This document shows positions 36,901-45,142 of a stretch of 45,142 bases of DNA, one piece after another. Positions within the stretch are counted from its first letter, which is position 1. Each line of letters starts with the position of its first letter. Both the position numbers and the translations under genes were made by a program. Source of the stretch: Dimargaris cristalligena (lineage: Eukaryota); contig ML002305.1 in NCBI GenBank assembly GCA_003614675.1, forward strand, positions 1 to 45,142, given 5' to 3'. Below the pieces are notes generated by a model that saw only the letters and a list, made by a program, of their open reading frames with translations, did no database searches and was not told the DNA's origin.

Positions 36901-39026
36901 ATTTCCCTAGCCGACATCACCCACCTCCGTCTCCACGCCTTTGGGCCCGCACTCGACGACGTCTACCTCTGTGCCGTTCGGCGGTCGGGGGAGGTGGCGC
37001 TCTACCGTGCTTTCCCCTTTGATCCGAGTACACCGGATCCACTGGAGGTGGCGCCCTGTTTAAATGTGCCGCCACCTCCTGTTGAGGCCACCCCCCCCCC
37101 AAGGCCGTGGCTCCCGTCGATAAAGGTCAATTGAAAAATCGGCTAGCCCTCCGACTCACCAAATGCCCGCTATCGACGCTTGTCCTACCCTCCTCTGCGG
37201 AAAATCCAGCGCCGACCGGCCCGGTACCGAACCCCATTACCACTTTCCGGAATATCCAAGGTCACCATGGCTTCCTCATCCGGGGACCTCAGCCCCAGTG
37301 TGCCTTCATTACCCCTTTTAGTCTCTACCCCCAGGTCCATCCCCTGCGCCTACCGCCGAGTTATTTGGCTGAGGTGGAGACTGAAGTAGAGGGCGACGAC
37401 TTAACGGCCGCGAAAACCGCCCCCAAACCCACACTACCGACATCAGCCAGCGGCCTAACCGGATTCTGCGAGTTCCACAGTTCCCAAGTGGACCGAGGGT
37501 TTATTGCCCTGGATGACCAAAGTCGCCTCCATATTGGCCAACTAGACCGGGATGTCATTTACGATTTCGACTGGCCTCTCCGCCGGATTGGCCTAGGTCG
37601 GACGATTCACTATTTGGCCTATCACCCGACGGTGGGGGCCTTTTGCGTAGTGACTTCCACCCCGCAGCCGTTTACCCTGCCCAGCAAGGACGAAGAGGAG
37701 GAAGCCAAGCTCGAACAGGCCATCCACGCGGCGAACCAAAAAATGAATATCGAACTCCCCCCGTCGCCCCCGCGGTCGGGCCGACCGGTCAGTCCGGAGC
37801 CCAACCCGACCGACCAGGGCAAGATGGACCTCAAACCATTGGTACCGCACTTCCAAATCGACCTTATTTCCCCCGAAGCCTGGGAAATCATCGATACGTA
37901 CGTGCTAGAACCGGACCACCACGTCACGGACTTCAAGTGCCTGAGTCTGACCAGTCGCCAAACGGTAACCGGGCGCAAATTCTACATGGCGGCCAGTACC
38001 TCTTTAGTCAACGGGGAGGACCGGGCCATGCGGGGCCATGCCCTGCTATTTGATATTATCGAAGTCGTGCCTGAACCCGGCCGGCCCCTCACCAAATATA
38101 AGCTAAAGTTGGTCTGCGAGGATGAAGTGGGTGGGCCCGTCTCGGCGCTCTGTGCGGTGAATGGCCATCTCATCGTGCCCACTGGTCCCCGGGTGTTTGC
38201 CAAGAATTTCCGTGACGGGATCAAACTGGAAGGGGTCGCGTTTGTGGACCTTCTGCTGTACGTCACCAGCGCCACCGTCCTCAAGAACTTTATCCTCATG
38301 GGGGACACGAGCAAGGGCGCCGCTCTGGTGGGCTTTCAGGACGAACCGGCTAACCTCGTCATGCTAGGCCGGGACTATTTGCCCATGGATGTGACCTGTG
38401 GTGAATTCATCGTCGATGATCGGTCCACCTACTTCCTCGTGGCGGACGACCGGTGTAATATTTTCTGTCTGAGTTACTCGCCGCGCCATGTCCAGTCTTT
38501 CTCCGGTCAGAAACTGCTCCGACGGGCCGACTTCCATCTCGGTTGCCGAGTCACCTGCATGATGCGGCTACCTAGTCAGTCTGCTCTGCGTCTCCGGCCG
38601 GACCATCATCCCGCCCACAACCTTTCTAATAATGCCCGCCACCACTCTAACCGCCCCCCGCCGGGACCCCAACACCCCGTAACCCAGAAACAACTATGTT
38701 TATGCGGTACCGACTCGGGAGCGGTATTTGCGGTATCGTCCGTCCCCGAAAAAACGTTTAAACGACTCCAGCGTCTCTATCTCTACCTTACCAACGGCAT
38801 CCCCCATGTCGCTGGGCTTAACCCACGCGCGTTCCGGCTGCTTCCCGTTGGTCAGCGATTGACTAGCAATCCGGCCAAGAACTTCGTGGACCTGTCCTTG
38901 ATCAACCAGTACCTCGATCCTTTACCCATATCCAAGCAACGCGAATTTACCCACCGGATCGGGTCAACCCTGGACCGAGTAGCAGTGGATGTTACAATTA
39001 TACCCCAGGAAATCGGCTACTTCTAA
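33904..39026 (+). CDS. CFT1: Cleavage and polyadenylation specificity factor subunit 1 (CPSF160/Cft1), ~1700 aa; frameshifted in this sequence at C10 (37091-37100)
   Basis: N-terminal part: PPT..H..GHFT..NLIL..N.LEVY, TVSIHYYE, DP.GRCA, FLHGYYVPTLAILYE, LPYDC, LFLGS.MGDS. C-terminal CPSF_A region: GEDR..RG, IIEVVPEPGRP, GPVSAL, AFVD, KNFILMGD, SFSGQKLLRRADFHLG, HVAGLNPRAFR. Two overlapping ORFs, 33904-37134 and 37107-39026. Confidence 0.93.
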
Positions 39027-40592
39027 AATATCGGCATAAACTATGTATCCTAGAGTATATATAGTACTGAATTATAACCCATCTATGGGCATTACATGTG
39101 CTTAGCTGTCAAGATTATATGGCTATTCCATACCGGGGGCTCTATTTTCGTTCACTGGGGCGTAACTATAATTATATACTTCCACCTTCTTAACATATTT
39201 ATTGTCGACATCTATTTACTCCAGAGCCTTGGTTGGTCTACCGGTTTATAATAAACTATTATAATAAAAGCATTTCTATTTCGTACACGTATTCTGCTTA
39301 AATGACGACTCTCGCTAGGCAGCCCACTGGCTCAAAAATTGTGAAAAGGGACTGAATAGCAAGAGGTCTCTACTGATACAGCCATTTCCCCCAGCCTAGA
39401 GGTATTATTTTACTGTAGCTGTTGGGCAGACCGCCTCTGGCGTGGCTTCCCAGGCCCCTAAGCCATAACTACCACCAATACCATTAGTGCATTTCATATG
39501 ACAAATACCAGTGCATAGTTAATAGGGTCGACATGGGCTTTGGAACGTCACTGATATAGTAGCGCTGTTCAACCCTACCATTTTGTTCCCTCTCCCAGTT
39601 GGCTGCTGTTTTAATAAATTTACAGCAGCTAGATCTGATTAATAGCATGATATGGGGACCCTGTAAAATTTTACCTGGCGGGTTCTCCATCTCTCCCAAC
39701 CCCCCGTCAGACCGAGTCAGGGTAACAGCAAGTCCTTGTCTGTGTTCCTCGCTGGTGATTAGTATTGCACCTGGTGAGTGGTGGTCAATCATCCTATCCG
39801 CCGAGGAGAGTGTGATCTACCCATATGTACAGTCGAATTATATACGTTTACTACTCTCCCACAGTGGATTATAAAAGCGGCTTGCCAATCCCCCCCCTAT
39901 TGCTACTTGCTTTAGACCAGGCTGGGTTAACGCAGCGTTTCCACAGTCATATTATCCCTTGCCTACTACAATCTATCAAGCCTTTTTTACACATAAATTA
40001 GTGTCTAAAATGCTGGGATTGACCGAAAGGAGGTCCCGAATTGTTCAGCTTTTCTCTGGGCAAGTATTACCGCTTAACCAGAGCATCATCCCGCATTCTA
40101 CTGACAGGCTAAAATCACCCAGTAGTACTTCTCTCGGCGGTATACACATCATGGGTAACCTTAACCAACTGCCCAATAACCATTGGCAAGTTGTTCAGTG
40201 CCAACGAATGTGGCGCTCGGTCCAGCAGTATAAGTAGCTGTTTTCCATTACCCTACTTGGTCAGTGGAAGAGGGAGAACGCCCATTCGGAAATGGAGGGT
40301 CGTAGCTGTTTCCTAATGAAACTTACTAGGTATATTATTATATCCCTCCCTGTTGGAAACATGAATTTTGGGCAGAAGTGGCTTTTCCCTCGGATTCTGG
40401 TGGCCAATCGGCGGTGTTGATATACACTCCCCAAGTTCCTTTGACTCCACCGCTCAGACTGGCGTCGTGTATTCTGGTGGGCGAAGCATGCACAGAGGTA
40501 GGTGAAGGCTGGGCGTCTAAAGTGCCTTTTGGTCAAATTCATATTGGCCGAGTGGGAGGGAGGGGGGCCTTTACCGAGTGGTGGTATAGATC

Positions 40593-40964
40593 GAATATTC
40601 CCCATTTTTCGACCAGCCCGTATTTAAAATACGCTTTCATACCAGCTTTTCCAAGAAATGCAGGAGCGAGGGGTTCGGATCGACTGTACGAGAAGAATGG
40701 TAAGGTTACCTGCATATATAATATAGTAAGTAGTGTGTGAGTGGTGGTGGGCCCACAACCACCCGAGCGATGGTGCTCAACGCTTCTGGAAAATGACCGA
40801 ACAGGCAAAAAATTAACCAACGGGGAAAATCGGCCGCTGATTGGTAAAGCTGGGCTCCCCTTGCCGCCACCTGCTGTAACGGCCAATTACCAATGGCAGG
40901 TCTCAGCCCACAACATCTTCCGCCTTCGATTCCCTTCCACCAGCCCTGCTGGGCTTTTATAAAA
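40593..40964 (+). promoter_or_regulatory. HSP90 promoter with partial heat-shock elements, CCAAT boxes and TATA
   Basis: GAAtaTTC at 40593-40600, TTCtgGAA at 40784-40791, ATTGG/CCAAT near 40840-40895 and TATAAAA at 40958-40964. Confidence 0.5.
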
Positions 40965-41172
40965 TAAGCGCCGTCCCGCTGTCCCTCTTGGCTTCCCCAC
41001 TCCACTATTTTCCCTTTCACCTATTTCTCTCCCTCTCTCTCTGGCTACGTTAATAGTCCCCGCTTAGGCTTATTTACCCTCTTTCTCTTTGCTCATTGTG
41101 TTTCACCCGTTTCCCGCCTTTTTCTGTATCACCACTCCCATTAGCCCTTCTATACCCCCACATATACCCACC

Positions 41173-43305
41173 ATGGTCGCCAACGCCGAGCAGTTCGCCT
41201 TCCAGGCTGAAATCAGCCAGCTGATGAGCCTGATCATCAACACCTTCTACTCCAACAAGGAAATCTTCTTGCGCGAATTGGTTTCCAACTCGTCCGACGC
41301 CCTCGACAAAATCCGCTATGAATCCCTGACCGACCCCAGCAAGCTCGACTCCGGCAAGGAACTGTTTATCCGCATCACCCCCGACCGCGCCAACAACATC
41401 CTGACCATCCGCGACTCCGGTATCGGTATGACCAAGGCCGACCTGGTCAACAACCTGGGTACCATCGCCAAGTCCGGTACCAAGCAGTTCATGGAGGCCC
41501 TGTCCTCCGGCGCCGATATCTCCATGATTGGCCAGTTCGGTGTGGGTTTCTACTCCGCCTACCTGGTCGCCGATAAGGTCGAGGTCATCACCAAGCACAA
41601 CGACGACGAGCAGTACATCTGGGAGTCGGCCGCCGGTGGCTCCTTCACCATCACCCGGGACACCGTGAACCCGTCCCTGGGCCGCGGTACCGAGATGCGC
41701 CTCCACCTCAAGGAGGACCAGCTCGAGTACCTCGAGGAGAAGAAGATCAAGGAGATCATCAAGAAGCACTCCGAATTCATCGGCTACCCCATCCAGCTCG
41801 TGGTTGAGAAGGAGGTCGAGAAGGAGGTGTCCGACGACGAGGCCGAGACTGAGGCCAAGGAAGAGGAGGACAAGAGCGAGGACGCCGCCAAGATCGAGGA
41901 GGTCGAGGACGAGGAGGACGGTGCCAAGAAAGCCAAGAAGACCAAGAAGATCAAGGAGATGACCACCGAGACCGAGGAGCTCAACAAGACCCGGCCCATT
42001 TGGACCCGCAACCCCGACTCCATCTCCAGCGAGGACTACTCGTCGTTCTACAAGTCCCTGTCCAACGACTGGGAGGACCACCTGGCCGTCAAGCACTTCT
42101 CTGTCGAGGGTCAGCTCGAGTTCTGCGCCCTGCTCTTTATCCCCCGCCGCGCCCCCTTCGACATGTTCGAGACCAAGAAGAAGCGCAACAACATCAAGCT
42201 GTACGTGCGCCGCGTGTTCATCATGGACGACTGCGAGGAGATCATCCCCGAGTGGCTCAACTTCGTCAAGGGTGTCGTCGACTCCGAGGACCTGCCCCTG
42301 AACATTTCCCGTGAGACCCTGCAGCAGAACAAGATCCTCAAGGTCATCCGCAAGAACCTGATCAAAAAGTCCATCGAGCTCTTCGCCGAGATTGCCGAGG
42401 ACAAGGATAACTTCAACAAGTTCTACGAAAGCTTCAGCAAGAACATCAAGCTGGGTATCCACGAGGACAGCCAGAACCGCGCCAAGCTCGCCGAGTTCCT
42501 GCGCTACTTCTCGACCAAGTCCGGTGACGAGCCCACTTCCCTCAAGGACTACGTGACCCGCATGCCCGAGAAGCAGAAGAACATCTACTACATCACCGGC
42601 GAGTCCAAGCAGGTGGTCGAGAACTCCCCCTTCCTGGAGGTCCTCAAGAAGAAGGGCTTCGAAGTCCTGTACCTGGTCGACCCCATTGACGAGTACGCCG
42701 TCCAGCAACTCAAGGAGTACGATGGTAAGAAGCTCATGAGCGTCACCAAGGAGGGCCTCGAGCTCGAGGAGGACGACGAGGAGAAGAAGAAGCGCGAGGA
42801 GGAGGAGAAGTCCTTCGACGACCTGTGCAAGCAGATGAAGGAGATCCTCGGCGACCGCGTCGAAAAGGTCTGCGTGTCCAACCGGATTGCCGACTCCCCC
42901 TGCGTCCTGGTCACCGGCCAGTTCGGTTGGTCCGCCAACATGGAGCGCATCATGAAGGCCCAGGCCCTGCGCGACTCCTCCATGTCCTCCTACATGGCCT
43001 CCAAGAAGACTATGGAGCTCAACCCCGAACACCCCATTGTCCAGTCCCTCAAGGCCAAGCTCGATGCCGACAAGAACGACAAGGCCGTCAAGGACCTTAC
43101 CCTCCTGTTGTACGAGACTGCCCTGCTCACCTCCGGCTTCTCCCTGGATGACCCCTCGGCCTTCGCCAGCCGCATCCACCGCATGATCAAGCTGGGTCTG
43201 AGCATCGACGACATCCCCATGGATAGCGCCGCCGCCGCCTCGGCTGATGACGATACCCCCACTCTGGAGGACACTGAGGAGTCCAAGATGGAGGAGGTGG
43301 ACTAA
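41173..43305 (+). CDS. HSP90: Cytosolic Hsp90, 710 aa, intronless
   Basis: [52 protein letters not shown], a charged linker, [15 protein letters not shown] and C-terminal MEEVD. ATG at 41173 in a CCACCATGG context. Confidence 0.99.
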   Translation: MVANAEQFAFQAEISQLMSLIINTFYSNKEIFLRELVSNSSDALDKIRYESLTDPSKLDSGKELFIRITPDRANNILTIRDSGIGMTKADLVNNLGTIAKSGTKQFMEALSSGADISMIGQFGVGFYSAYLVADKVEVITKHNDDEQYIWESAAGGSFTITRDTVNPSLGRGTEMRLHLKEDQLEYLEEKKIKEIIKKHSEFIGYPIQLVVEKEVEKEVSDDEAETEAKEEEDKSEDAAKIEEVEDEEDGAKKAKKTKKIKEMTTETEELNKTRPIWTRNPDSISSEDYSSFYKSLSNDWEDHLAVKHFSVEGQLEFCALLFIPRRAPFDMFETKKKRNNIKLYVRRVFIMDDCEEIIPEWLNFVKGVVDSEDLPLNISRETLQQNKILKVIRKNLIKKSIELFAEIAEDKDNFNKFYESFSKNIKLGIHEDSQNRAKLAEFLRYFSTKSGDEPTSLKDYVTRMPEKQKNIYYITGESKQVVENSPFLEVLKKKGFEVLYLVDPIDEYAVQQLKEYDGKKLMSVTKEGLELEEDDEEKKKREEEEKSFDDLCKQMKEILGDRVEKVCVSNRIADSPCVLVTGQFGWSANMERIMKAQALRDSSMSSYMASKKTMELNPEHPIVQSLKAKLDADKNDKAVKDLTLLLYETALLTSGFSLDDPSAFASRIHRMIKLGLSIDDIPMDSAAAASADDDTPTLEDTEESKMEEVD

Positions 43306-44872
43306 ATTATCTATATATTAAAAATAACTATTAGGTTAAAACGGACGTAGGGGATGGAACGGGAAGGACTAATGGACCCACTTGGCCAGCCTTTTCCTTC
43401 CATTCTCCGCCTTATTTGTTGCACACTTTTAATAAACATCGCATATTAATCAATTTTCCCCCAGTCCAGTATTAGTAGAATGTATGGGTTTTAATTGGAT
43501 TAGGAGTGCGCAATGGTTGTGCGGTTGTGAATTATGCCAGTGTGATGGATTAAAATACTGCGGCGGCTGGAATGGTCGATTGGGCTTGTAAAGGGGGTGA
43601 TTATTCGGTTATGGAGCGCGCAGTGGCCCGAAAAATGTGACCCGGGGGAGGCCCGTTATTGTTATTGTCACTTGTTTAACGTGCGACTGACTAGTAATAT
43701 ACTGGTTGGTGTTGGTCGACTAGTGTAGAAAGTTGTTACAGGAGTTGGTGGTTTTGCCATCACCAACTCTTCTTCCCAGCCAACACACATCTATTTGCAG
43801 CAAGACCAGTTGCAACGAAGGTCCTCCTCCCAAGTTGGTCCACCGAATCCAATCGATGGCGATGAGTATCTTCTGGGGTGTTTGCATGTACATTGGAGCA
43901 AGTATAATCCCATCTTGCCTGGAGGAGGGGACTTACGCGGTGATATCGATTCAAGAAGGGATGACGACGGACTGGCCCCTCGAGTCCCCATGTCTCCCTG
44001 TCATATCCGGTACTGACAGGGTCTAGAAAAAGGGTTCAACCCCCGCCACCACCTTCATCTTTCCCAGACACATGCACACACAACATGGAGTGGGGGAGAT
44101 ACTGGGTTTGACGGCATAGTGTGCTATTCACCTTTGCATGGCGGCTTTGGTTGTCGTGAATTATATTCACAGATTCGTAGCCTCATCGGATTACATTGGA
44201 CAATGACTCCCCCAAATCTAGTCAATCAGTAGTTGCCTATCCCTCGTTTTTCCAGGACCAGCTGCAGAGTAGTACTGCCATTTGGCAAGAATGGGAAACA
44301 GGTGGCGCGGGAGCCAGGTCGTATTGTCGCTCATTAGACCGAATATGAGGGGCGTGTGCTAGGGGACGTCCAATTTGGACAATAATTAACCTGTGAAATT
44401 TCGGGTTGAATTATAATTCGGGCATTGTTGATGCCACTTTTAACGGCATAGTTTTGAGTTATTTCCCGTCAACTTGCTATTGCCAAATGTAAAGGCGGAC
44501 TAGAGGTTATCCAGTGGTGGAATAATAGCAGTATAGACCGGTATGCCCTATATCATTGTTGGCCACTTCTGTGCTAAACAAGAGGTAATTGCTACCTAGA
44601 AAATCACCAGCACTGGCAAGCTGCCAACAAAGCAGCCCCTATAACCAGCATTTTAGGGTGAGTGTTAAGAATACCCGTAGCCATAGCCACCATTCGTGAC
44701 TCTGGTGCCTGGTTGGCCGATTGTCATAACCAGCTATAGCTCGTTAAGTGTGAGGCTGGACTGGGAGGGTCCATGAAGGCTTAGTATTGTTGATATTCGG
44801 TGGCCCATGTCTCTGTTATTTTGGGACAATTGCATGTGGGGTCATGGTCATAATGACCTGAATAGTTAATAT

Positions 44873-45008
44873 AGGAAAGGTTCAACCAGGCCATATAACG
44901 ATAAATCCGTTAGATGAGGCAAAAACCACTGGTTAATTATGGATCTCTCATAAATCTTCCCATGTGCGTATCATCCAAAACGTTATACGTCTGCACTGAA
45001 TTTCACCC
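44873..45008 (+). mobile_element. Copy of the MITE-like element
   Basis: AGGAAAGGTTCAACCAGGCCATATAACGATAAATCCGTTAGATGAGGCAAAA..CACTGGTTAA...TTATACG...TGAATTTCACCC aligns with the 711/851 copies. Flanks are ATAT and ATGT. Confidence 0.7.
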
Positions 45009-45142
45009 ATGTTAGTAAAAATGTCAATCCAAGGTGTGCGGCAGCATGGCTAATTTCCAAGATCCAGTGCTGGACTGACGAGCTGTGCCTTACAATGAGC
45101 CCGTATGTTAGTCATTCTCCAGCTGCTTTTCTACCTCCTTCC

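Noticed and set aside
41074-43179. 701-aa ORF antisense to HSP90
   Set aside because: A shadow ORF: strong C/G-ending codon bias on the sense strand removes TTA/CTA/TCA and hence antisense stops. The translation is a V/L/G/D-rich mirror with no recognisable domain.
43733-44026. Several overlapping short ORFs after HSP90
   Set aside because: Mostly non-ATG starts, with no recognisable domain or codon bias.

Overview
Eukaryotic, fungal-type genomic DNA. An early-diverging fungus such as a Zoopagomycota/Dimargaris-like lineage is plausible, but this is inference only. The window holds about 8 protein-coding genes: an intronless orphan secreted protein (3095-3865), V-ATPase subunit D (5 exons), a 239-aa orphan on the minus strand, a Rox1/MATA-type HMG-box transcription factor isolated in a ~20-kb gene desert, ribosomal protein uL30/RPL7 (3 exons), a DCAF4/WDR21-like WD40 protein, a divergently transcribed CPSF160/Cft1 split by a frameshift in a C10 run, and cytosolic Hsp90. 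The most interesting non-coding signals are in RPL7. Intron 2 contains a box C/D snoRNA whose guide is antisense to the LSU rRNA Gm805/Am807 region. Intron 1 contains a cryptic branch point and 3' splice site that would create a premature stop, enclosed in two overlapping alternative helices: a candidate autoregulatory splicing switch. A ~140-bp MITE-like family with terminal inverted repeats occurs about 6 times, and an inverted pair of MCB-type elements sits next to a TATA-like run upstream of the orphan gene.
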